From Octopus bimaculoides (lineage: Eukaryota): DNA of 32,014 nucleotides. The notes beneath the pieces were generated by a model. That model did no database searches, was not told where the DNA came from, and saw only the letters and a list, made by a program, of their open reading frames with translations. Of the stretch, positions 1 to 8,665 are shown one piece after another. The DNA is taken from contig NC_068985.1 in assembly GCF_001194135.2 (NCBI RefSeq), forward strand, positions 35,213,438-35,245,451, in the 5' to 3' direction. A program made the translations under genes and the position numbers. Position 1 is the first letter of the stretch. Each line of letters starts with the position of its first letter.

Positions 1-452
1 GTACTGAAAATGGCCACGCTCAAAATGGTGTTTTTTACGTGCCACCTGCACAGGAACCAGTCCAGCAGCACTAGTAATGATCTCGCTCAAATATGTTTTT
101 ATGTGCCACCGGCACAAGTGCCAGTGAGGTGACGCTGGTAATGATCACGCTCAAATGGTGCTATTTACGTGCTACAGGCACTGAAGCCAGACAGCTGCTC
201 TGGTAATGATCACGCTCGGACGGTGCTGTTAGCGCTCCACTGGCACAGGTGCCAGTCATCGAATTTGGTTCAATTACGATTTTGATTTCACTTGCCCCAA
301 CAGATTTTCGCAAGCAGAGTTTAGTGTCCAATGAAGGAAAGGTTGGCATGGGTCAAATTTGGTTCGATTTCGATTTCACTTGCCTCAACAGGTCTTCGCA
401 AGCAGAGTTTAGTGTCTAATAAAGGAAAGGTACGCATAAGTGGGCTGGCTAC
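1..452 (-). mobile_element. SINE body fragment with internal tandem units; no head or tail visible within the window
   Basis: Four ~65-bp units (cacgctc/ctcgctc motif near 15, 82, 146, 211) match the units of the tailed SINE copies at 2052-2395 and 25521-25943. They are followed by a ~94-bp tandem duplication (259-352, 353-452). Confidence 0.7.
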
Positions 453-589
453 GGATCATGATCTCACAAAAACTAAAAGAAGCAGCACATAGGCTAGGAC
501 ACAACAACCTCCTAAGCATACCAAGTGCAGATATGAGCAGTATATGGGAACTGGGATTAAGGAAGGATAGAAAAATATTAGATTTATAA
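452..589 (+). pseudogene. C-terminal end of a Penelope-like GIY-YIG endonuclease ORF (5'-truncated)
   Basis: Hand translation from 452: RIMISQKLKEAAHRLGHNNLLSIPSADMSSIWELGLRKDRKILDL*, stop at 587-589. KLKEAxH...LS.IW resembles the conserved end of PLE GIY-YIG domains, and an HHR-bearing repeat follows directly. Confidence 0.6.
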
Positions 590-618
590 GCCCTAAAATT
601 CACTCCATAATTGCCCAC

Positions 619-691
619 GGGCATATGGCATAGTGGTTAAGAGTGCGGATTACTACTCCCAAGATTCCGAGTTTGATTCCAAGCAGTGACC
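619..691 (+). promoter_or_regulatory. tRNA-like segment with Pol III A and B boxes (not a functional tRNA)
   Basis: Box A TGGCATAGTGG at 626-636; box B GAGTTTGATTCC at 669-680 (one transition from GTTCGA); tRNA-like spacing. Cloverleaf stems are only partly paired. Confidence 0.7.
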
Positions 692-759
692 TGAACAATA
701 ATAATAATAACATCGAAAAATACCTTAGGAATGAGAATCCATTTTCGAAATTTCCCCAA

Positions 760-805
760 GACACCTGATGAATGCTGGAGGGTATATCAGCCGAAATGTT
801 GTGTT
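760..805 (+). ncRNA. Minimal type I hammerhead ribozyme, family A, mutated
   Basis: GACAC / CTGATGA (765-771) / helix II GCTG..CAGC (774-777, 788-791) / GAAA (793-796) / TGTT / GTGTT. Helix I GACAC:GTGTT pairs. The helix II closing pair is a T:C mismatch, and GAAATGTT probably derives from GAAACGTT. Confidence 0.7.
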
Positions 806-1142
806 AACAACAAACAAGATGAGGACAAATATCCGTCAAATGTAAATAATGTAAATAATGGCCATGTGTTTCTTTCTTTTTGAAAACTAGAGGAACAATT
901 CTAAATATTATAGACTTTTTTGTATGTATGAATGAAGTACAAGATTTTAATTTCAAGTCTTAACTGGGTTCTTGCTGCAAGTGTCAAATAATAAAAATGG
1001 AAAGAAAGAAATATTTCAATATTATTAAAAACTGGGACAGGCTTTCAAATTGGCTGGAAATCCAGAACAATGAGTTAAAATAGGACAATTTAGGCTAAAC
1101 CAGGATATACGACAAATATCATCTACAAATATATGAAGTATA

Positions 1143-1410
1143 TCATCATCATCATCATCATCCTCATCATCCTTTTAATGTCCACATTTCCATGCTAACA
1201 TGAGTGAGAAATAATTTGCTGAGACAGATTTTCTCTGACTGGATGGCCCACTTTTCCACAACCTTACCTTGAGTCCAAGAATGTTATGTTTTCTGCATGA
1301 CAGGACATGTCTTTATGGATGATTGGAAATGAACAACACCAAATGTATGATGGTGACACATTCATGAGTACTGTGCAAGGTCAAGACAAGGAGACACAAG
1401 CACACACAAA
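1143..1410 (-). mobile_element. Old SINE 3' part with (GAT)n tail
   Basis: (CAT)n followed by ttttaatgtccacatttccatgcta, a decayed reverse complement of the tail at 2350-2395. Confidence 0.55.
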
Positions 1411-1439
1411 TCACAGTGTATAGTTTATATATCCCTACA

Positions 1440-1598
1440 CCATTTTTTCTTTCTCCATTTTCTTCCTCTCAATCTTTTCTGTCAAAGAGCATAAGCTTGA
1501 AACATCAAAGACTTTTCCATTCTTCCTGAGCATTAAATTAATACTTCTACTTGTTGTTCCCTCGCCTGTCTTCCTCTTCTGTTTTCAGTAAATTTGAA
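1440..1598 (+). mobile_element. PLE pseudo-LTR fragment (family B), decayed
   Basis: Aligns by eye with the reverse complement of 1927-2051 and with 2921-2985; contains a decayed HHR. Confidence 0.6.
1473..1511 (+). ncRNA. Decayed variant hammerhead, family B
   Basis: TCTTTT / CTGTCAAA / GAGC ATAA GCTT / GAAAC / ATC / AAAGA. Helix I TCTTT:AAAGA pairs; differences from the 2018-2050 copy are mostly transitions consistent with CpG decay. Confidence 0.5.
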
Positions 1599-1676
1599 CT
1601 ATTATATATCCATTGCGGCCAATCTTACAAATTGGTTTTGCACTGGGGTTCAGTAGGATATTAGGTAACAGCCTGC

Positions 1677-1785
1677 TTATGTAAGCCTGACTCTTCTAAG
1701 TTGGCAGGTATGTAAGAAAATACGGTGACTGTTTTACAAATTTTCTTCCATACCTACCAACTCTGAAGAATACAGGGTTACATAA
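1677..1785. repeat. Imperfect inverted repeat (MITE-like hairpin)
   Basis: ttatgtaagcctgactcttctaagttggcaggtatgtaagaaaat is reverse-complementary to attttcttccatacctaccaactctgaagaatacagggttacataa, with a spacer of about 18 nt. Confidence 0.6.
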
Positions 1786-1886
1786 TCAATATACTGCATA
1801 TTTTTTATGACTTATGGTGGGTTTGGATAAGTAGGTAGACTGAAACACAGATAAACTGACACACACAGACAAACAGGCAGATAGAT

Positions 1887-1926
<40 letters not shown>

Positions 1927-1929
<3 letters not shown>

Positions 1930-2051
1930 GAGAATATATGAAAAAACAACAACAGACGAGGACAGGTGGTGTAAATAATAAAAGGATGTATTAGTATGAC
2001 GCTCGGGAATACGGAAAGTCTTTGACGTTTCGAGCTACGCTCTTCAACAGA
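1927..2051 (-). mobile_element. PLE pseudo-LTR fragment (family B), young
   Basis: The reverse complement reads HHR, then tactaatacatcc...caccacctgtcctcgtctgttgttg, and runs into (TA)n at 1900-1926. The same 3' sequence occurs at 2921-2985. Confidence 0.7.
2018..2050 (-). ncRNA. Variant minimal hammerhead, family B (core CUGUUGAA); 5' strand of helix I lost
   Basis: Minus strand: CTGTTGAA / GAGC GTA GCTC / GAAAC / GTC / AAAGAC. Palindromic ACGT helix III and a GUC site. The pairing TCTTT strand is replaced by SINE sequence from 2052. Confidence 0.65.
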
Positions 2052-2395
2052 CAGCGTCACCTGACTGGCACATGTGCCGGTGGCATGTAAAAAAACATTC
2101 GAGAGAGGTCGTTACCAGTCCCGCTGGACTGGCTCCTGTGCAGGTGGCACATTAAAAAAATCATTTTGAGTGTGGCCGTTGCCAGTACCACCTGACTAGC
2201 CCTCGTGCCGGTGGCACGTAAAAGCATCCACTACACTCTCGGAGTGGTTGGCGTGAGGAAGGGCATCCAGCTGTAGAAACTCTGCCAGATCAGATTGGAG
2301 CCTGGTGCAGCCTTCTGGTTTGCTAGTCTTCAGTCAAATCGTCCAGCCCATGCTAGCATGGAAGGTGGACGTTAAACGATAATGATGATGATGAT
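2052..2395 (+). mobile_element. SINE 3' half with internal tandem units and (GAT)n tail
   Basis: Repeated gtgccggtggca units, then gcatccagctgtagaaactctgcc...catgctagcatggaa.gtggacgttaaacgat(gat)n. A close reverse-complement copy lies at 25521-25943. Confidence 0.8.
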
Positions 2396-2655
2396 AAATA
2401 TTAATATTTCTAAGTCTCTCTAAAGGAGACTATGACAATGGTACTGGATATTAATAGTTATCACGAAGCTAACATGGCAGTCCAGAAAAATAGGACAAAT
2501 GCTGGAGTTGCTTAGCTCCAAGAGGCCATCACCTCTAGCTAGCTATGTGACACACAAACCTGTGTCCATTATAACCTTCAAACAAGGGAGGTCAGCCGCT
2601 TCCCTTTGTTGGTCTGGCATCTACAGACTAGTTTCAGGGTATTTGTCCGTTATCA

Positions 2656-2689
<34 letters not shown>

Positions 2690-2693
<4 letters not shown>

Positions 2694-2985
2694 TCTATTG
2701 CATCTCCTGCTCTCTCTGCCATTCTCTGTACATCGGACAAACAGGACGCCGCTTGGCTGACCGGTTCATGGAACACCTCCAAAACATCCGCCTTGGCAAT
2801 GACACCCCGGTGTCACGCCATTTCTGCTCTACCAGTCACTCTTTGCAACACTTGTCCATGTTCGGATTGTCCTTGCACAGGAGTCATCTGGACTCCCGTT
2901 TGCGCTGTGAACAGGGATTATACTAATACATCTATTTGTTTTCTACACCACCTGTCTTCATCTGTTGTTTTTTTGTGAATTCTTC
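2690..2985 (+). mobile_element. PLE GIY-YIG endonuclease fragment plus pseudo-LTR 3' end (family B), with HHR region deleted
   Basis: IIYCISCSLCHSLYIGQTGRRLADRFMEHLQNIRLGNDTPVSRHF...EQ shows IY-x-YIG plus the R..R..EH motif. It is joined directly to tactaatacatct...; (TA)n flanks both sides (2659-2691, 2986-3026). Confidence 0.85.
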
Positions 2986-3026
2986 CTATATATATATATA
3001 TATATATATGTATATAAACATATATA

Positions 3027-5503
3027 CCAGGTTGAGTTAAAAGTAAACAACATTTTGAACCATGAAAAATTTGTACTGGATTTTTGCAGAGTTTTCAATT
3101 TTTTTTTAAAACATTCTTTTGCAATTGTCTGATAATACAGACATACAGGAGTTAGACAAAATAATAAAAACACCTAGCATCATAGCATCATAATTTTGAA
3201 ATATCTATAAAATCATCAAAAGCTCTTTTATTTTTGTTTTTTTGATTTATCATTAGTGTTGCTTAATATGTTTTGCTAGTCTTTCTTTTCAGACATCATC
3301 AGAAAAAGGTCATTAAAATTCATTAAAATGACAGATCTATCGGACTTTCAAAGAGGTCAAATTGTTGGTGCTCATACGGCAGGCGCTAGTAAAATGTAAA
3401 CAACTGAAATGTTTGGTTTATCAAGAAATACTGTCTCAAAAGTAATGACAGCCTTTGAGAAAGAGGGAAAACCACATCAAAAGAAAACTCTGGAAGAAAC
3501 CAAAATTTTCAGATAGGGACCGTCAGACTCTTACAAGACTTGTTAGAAAGGATAACAAAAGCTACAGCTCCCAAAATTACTGTTCAATGGGAGCTGCACA
3601 AAGCTGGATTTCACAGGAGGGTTGCAATTAGAAAACCACTACTTTCACAAACAAACATTGCAAAGCATTTTGAGTAGAGTAAAATCCTACAGAATTGGTA
3701 CTTAGCGCAATGGAAGAATGTTATTCTCTTGGACGAGTCATCCTTTACCTTATTTCCAACCACCAGTGGAGTATACATGTGGAGACAGCCAAAAGAAGCA
3801 TTTGACCCAGACTGCCTTCTTCCAACTGTTAAACATGGAGGGGGATCTGTGATGATTGGGGAGTGGGGGCTTGGAAATCTGCCAGCCCAATGGTTTCCCT
3901 TCATAGCAGAATTAATAGTCAAGACTATTAAAGCATTTTATCTGATCATCTGATCAAATTCATCCTGTGGTTGCAGAACTGTCTGGAGAGAAATGCAATC
4001 TTTCAGGATGATAATGCACCAATTCACACAGCTAAAGTTGTTACTGAATGGCAAGAGGAACAACCAAGTCAAGTTGAACATCTTATCTGACCACCACAGT
4101 CTCCAGATCTCAATATTATTGAACATTTATGGTGCATTTTAGAAAAACAAGTCAGGAGTTGATATCCTCCACCATAATCACTACAAGAACTGGAGACTGT
4201 TTTAGCTGAAGAATGGACAAAATTTCCTTTGGAAACAATTCAAACTTTGTATGAGTCTATACCTCATAGAATTCAAGCTGTAATTACTGCCAAAGGTGGT
4301 CCTACCCCATATTAAAATGAATTTGATTGAAATTTTAAAGTGTTTCCATTATTTTGTCCAAATCCAGTAAACTTCCCCAAATGCATCAATACATTAACAT
4401 TGATATTGTTTTCGCCGTTGTTAAAATCATCTGAAATGGAACTGTCAAAGCATGATATTTGAGCAATTTTGCTATTCAAATTCAAAAAAAGACAGAAAGC
4501 AGCTGAAACTGCTCGCAATATAAATGGAACATTTGGTGAGGAAATAATCAGTGAATTGTAAGTTCAAAAATGGTTTAAACAATTTCACAGTGGCGATCTG
4601 ACCCTTGAAGATTGTGAGTGTAGTGGATGCCCATCTGTCATTGATGACAGTCAATTAAAGACTGTCATTGAGAGAAATCCATGTAAAAGCACTCGAGAAC
4701 TGGCAAAAGAACTTCAAGTTAACCACAAAACTGCCTCCTATCATTTGCATGCGATTGGAAAATTAAAAAAGTTTGACAAATAGGTACCACACAATTTGAA
4801 TGAAAATCCAAAAATGCACAGATAAGAAATTTGCTCATCGCTTCTGCTCTGTAACCAGACCAATCCATTTCTCAACTGTATTGTAACTTGCAATGAAAAG
4901 TGGATTCTGTACAATAATAAAAAACGTTCTTTGCAGTGGTTGGACCAAAATGAAGCTCCAAAAATTTTCCCCAAACCCAGGATCTTCAAAAAGAAGTTTA
5001 TGGTGACTGTTTGGTGGTGTACTGCTGGACTCATCCACTATAAACCCAGAAAAATCATTACTGCAGAAACAAACTGTCATAAAATTGTCAAAATGAATGA
5101 AAAGCTGCTACTCCAAGGCCAATCATTCTTCATGACAATGCTCAACCACACGTTTCTCTAATGATGCTCCAGAAGTTGAGGGAACTTCGCTACGAAGTGT
5201 TCCCCACCCAGCTTATTCCACAGACCTTTCTCCTTCCGACTACCACTTTTTCAAGCACCTTTATGGTTTCCTGCAAGAGAAGGAGCTCAAAAATCAAACT
5301 GATGCTGAAAGTGTGTTCAAAGAGTTCATCAGCTCCAAAACTCCAGATTTTTATGTTACCAGAATAAACAAACTTGTAACTCATTGGCAAATATGTGTTG
5401 ATTATAATGGAACTTATTTTGATGAATAAAATTTCCGTATTGTTGAAATATATTGTGATGAATTTCATGTTTCAAAACATTGCTTACTTTTTACTCAGCC
5501 TGA
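3027..5503 (+). mobile_element. Full-length decayed mariner (DD34D), about 1.25 kb after removing the nested Tc1-like insert
   Basis: TIRs ccaggttgagttaaaagtaaacaacattttgaac (3027) and the reverse complement of the 5503 end (tcaggctgagtaaaaagtaagcaatgttttgaaac); TA at 3025-3026 and 5504-5505. Transposase relic 4436-5429 with VPHNL, TCNEKWILY, LHDNAQPH and YSTDLSPSDY; D34D spacing after one frameshift. Confidence 0.9.
3146..4367 (+). mobile_element. Complete decayed Tc1-like transposon with DD36E spacing (Incomer-like)
   Basis: 28-bp imperfect TIRs (3146-3173, 4340-4367); TA TSD at 3144-3145 and 4368-4369; 1222 bp. Transposase relic 3328-4315: MTDLSDFQRGQIVG..DESSFTLFP..KHGGGSVM..FQDDNAPIH..PPQSPDLNIIEHLW. 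I count 36 codons between D and E. Confidence 0.9.
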
Positions 5504-5546
5504 TAGATTTGATCAAATTTTGGTTTAGCATTCAGTGTTTATGTAC

Positions 5547-5593
5547 CTACTGCTGAAGATATGAGCATATGTCGAAATCACATGATACAGAAG
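5547..5593 (+). ncRNA. Damaged type I hammerhead motif (family F)
   Basis: CTACTG / CTGAAGA (5553-5559) / TATGAGCATATGTC / GAAA / TCA CA TGA / TA / CAGAAG. Helix I pairs 5 of 6 and helix III is near-palindromic, but helix II appears to lack its 5' bases. Confidence 0.45.
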
Positions 5594-5683
5594 TCTTAAC
5601 ACCAATGCTGATTAAATTTGTCTGCTAATATGATTTGTGCTTTTTTGTATATGTACACATATATGCACAAGTAGGTGAGCTAT

Positions 5684-6027
<344 letters not shown>

Positions 6028-6112
6028 AATGTAATGATTATAAAGTCAGTGGTTATTAAAATACATTTCATTTTCAAAATTTAACAGAATCTACAGACAG
6101 AATTAAATTGTT

Positions 6113-6900
6113 TTATGAACACATGCTTCCAAACAGATGATCATTCTGGTCCAAACTCTGCTGATAACACAAAGCAATGGAACTGTAAACCTCCAGAAGC
6201 ATTCCATTTGGTGTATATGCATATTCTCATTTAATGGCTGCCAGTAATTAATCAACTGTTGCCAGTTTTGTACTATAAACTTTCCCTTTTAAGTATCCCT
6301 ATACAAAAAGTAAGTCTGGGAGTGAGAAATCTGATGAACGTCTTTATCCAATACACCAGTTTGGCAAAATTTTATCACTGTAGGTCCTTATAATACTATG
6401 GCAATGTAGAGGTGCCTCATCTTGCTGGAAATAAAACTCTACAACTTCAAAGTCCTCTTCAATGCTTGACATAACAGATTGTCACAAGTTCAAGTAAATG
6501 ATACCAGTCACAATACTGTCAAAAAAAATATATTGTACAATTCTTTCCGTGATAAGCTGCACTGTATTGCAATCCTGGTAAACTAAAATGAAGTTCCTCA
6601 ATCATATGTGAATTCTCAGGTATCCAGAAGATGCAATTGTGACAGTTAACTGAAGCAATTAATTTAAATGTAAGTCTCACTGCACCGTCAATCTTTGATG
6701 GAATATGAGCATGTTCCAAATACCACTACAGAACTCCACTCTTCAGTTCCATTCTATAAGAGCATGGACTATTCTTGGAATGTAACTTTTCCAAAGACAG
6801 TGCTATAAATTGCAACTGACTCTGTGTAAGTCACAAACTTAGAGCTGTCATTATCAATGTTAGCACAGTTAGATTGTTGAAATGCTGAAGTGTAGACACG
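6113..6900 (-). mobile_element. Decayed Tc1/mariner-superfamily transposase (rosa/DD41D-like)
   Basis: Minus-strand hand translation across frameshifts: IPRIVHAL..RVEFC, TFKL..SVNCHNCIFWIPENSH..LPGL, YFFD..VTG..YL, FYFQQDEAPLH, WCIG*R, GYLKGKVYSTK. A deletion near the last catalytic motif prevents counting the spacing. Confidence 0.7.
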
Positions 6901-6942
6901 TATATGTGAACTGTATATGTGATTGCTAGTGGGCAAGGAATC

Positions 6943-7536
6943 ATCATCATCACCTTTTAATGTCCATTTTCTATGCTGGCATACATTTGATGGTTTGACC
7001 AGAGTTCATCACAATCATTTAAAGCCTGCTTTCCATGCTGGCATGGATTGGATAGTTTGACTGAAAACTGCTGCACCAGGTTCTGATTTGATTTTGCAAG
7101 GTTTCTGTGGTTGGATGCATTTCTTAATGCCAACCTCTCTGAGAAAGTAGTGGGTGTTTTTTACATGTCACCAGTGCAGGTGTCTTCAGCCTGACACTGG
7201 CATTGGCCATGACTACAGTCTCACTTGGCTTGACAGGTCTACACAAGCACAGTATATTGCCAAAGGTCTTAGTCACTTGTCACTCCTTCATGAGGCCAGT
7301 GTTTAAACAGTGCTTTCTATGTACCATTGGCATGGGAGTCAGTCAGACAGCATTGGCATTGGCCATGACTATGAATTCACTCAGCATTACAGGTCTTCAC
7401 AAGCACAACATATCCCCCAATGTTTGAAGGGTGCTTTTAACGGACCAGTTACAAGACACTAGCAGGAGCCACAACTACAACCTCACTTGGTTCAAAGGGT
7501 CTTCTCAAGCATGGCATAACACCAAAATTCTTCGGT
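6943..7536 (-). mobile_element. Older SINE 3' part with a duplicated tail and ~170-bp internal repeats
   Basis: Two tail-like starts (6943, about 7010), then ggatgcatttcttaatgccaacc. The motif ggcattggccatgacta recurs near 7199 and 7355. Confidence 0.65.
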
Positions 7537-7548
7537 GTAAGTAGTAGT

Positions 7549-7630
7549 GATGAGGTACATAGTGTAGGTACACTTCTGGCAGAAAAATGGATGGATAAGG
7601 TGATTGAGGTACTCAGGAAGTGTGTACATC
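7549..7630 (+). pseudogene. Small RTE-type LINE AP-endonuclease fragment
   Basis: Translation DEVHSVGTLLAEKWMDKVIEVLRKC resembles the GVG(I)LL...W..KV..V.RV segment of RTE endonucleases; short. Confidence 0.45.
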
Positions 7631-7636
7631 ATTGCA

Positions 7637-7800
7637 ATCATTATCCCCATCATGATCATCAGCATTTAAAGTCTGTCTTCTATGTTAGTAGAGGTTGGAT
7701 AGTTTGACTGGCTCCAATGAGTTGCAGGGCTGCATTATGCTGTTTCAGCTTTGGGATCATTTCTCTGGTGGGATACCCCCTTTCTAACTCTAACCACTTT
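7637..7800 (-). mobile_element. Highly decayed SINE tail
   Basis: cat-rich start, then gcatttaaagtctgtcttctatgttagt...ggttggatagtttgactg, matching the other minus-strand tails. Confidence 0.5.
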
Positions 7801-8040
7801 ACAGTCTGACTAAAATTTGCACCCCCTACTTAGCTTTGCTAGGTTAAGAAAATATTGTTTAAAAATTTCCAAAACAAGAACGAAGGACAAAAATTAAAAA
7901 AAAGCCCGAAATCTTTACTGATGAAGTTGGACATAAAATTCTGATGAGAATTGCCTCAAAAAATATATTATTGAAATAAAGCAGCATCAACATCAAATTT
8001 AAAGCTATATTTTGTGTGTGTGTATGCATGTGTGTATGTG

Positions 8041-8087
<47 letters not shown>

Positions 8088-8618
8088 CCTGTTGCCATGG
8101 CCACCCCTCAGTACTTGTGCATTTGATAACCTATCAAAGTCCACAAACTGACCTTCCCAGTTCAACTATCCACATTCCTGATTTCTTCTGAATATCACAA
8201 CTGATTCATCATCATCATTGCCATCATGTTCTACTACCCTTACCGCAGCTATACAACAACAGTCACTCTTCAGAACAACAGTTCCCTTGCTTTTCTCCAC
8301 AGTCAGGCCACTCAAATTCCTCCCTCTCTCAGAATAACGCAAGAAGATCCATCATTACTATTGTCAACCTATTCTACTGCTACTACTACTATTCTAATTA
8401 ATGAAGAATAATACTTTTCTTTCCCTGACTGTACAGTGCAAGGATCTTTTCTGCTTTGTGGCCACTTTTCAATCACAAAGTTTTGTTCCAAGTTGATTTT
8501 ATGTACGGCGTATTGGTGTAGATTTGTAAGGTAACCATTGGCATGAAATTCATTTTTGCCATAAATCAATAAATAAGGAGTTAATAGCTTTTAAAGTTTG
8601 CAAATTTGGAATAATTCT

Positions 8619-8665
8619 AGCCAATCAAAAGCTACAGACATATAGGTGCCTGTTTCCATAGTAAC
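8619..8665 (+). promoter_or_regulatory. CCAAT box plus RFX X-box-like motif (may lie within a repeat)
   Basis: AGCCAATCA at 8619-8627; GTTTCCATAGTAAC at 8652-8665 fits GTHNYYATRRNAAC. No linked gene was identified. Confidence 0.25.

Larger units (their letters stand above)
590..860 (+). mobile_element. PLE 3' pseudo-LTR (family A) containing a tRNA-like segment and a hammerhead motif
   Basis: Follows the PLE stop codon. Contains a tRNA-like segment (619-691), (AAT)n (696-711) and an HHR (760-805), and ends in a tandem tgtaaataa repeat near 841-859. Confidence 0.6.

Noticed and set aside
1-452. CRISPR-like array
   Set aside because: Eukaryotic context; the whole ~65-bp unit is repeated with no unique spacers and matches SINE copies elsewhere in the window.
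619-691. Functional tRNA gene
   Set aside because: Acceptor, anticodon and T stems pair poorly, and it sits inside a PLE terminal repeat.
7918-7960. Two CTGATGA heptamers
   Set aside because: No helix II, GAAA and helix I arrangement follows; likewise for the heptamers near 6321 and 13181.
8437-8530. Possible plus-strand exon (polypyrimidine-CAG acceptor, AAG|GTAACC donor)
   Set aside because: The one open frame gives no recognisable peptide, and such sites occur by chance.
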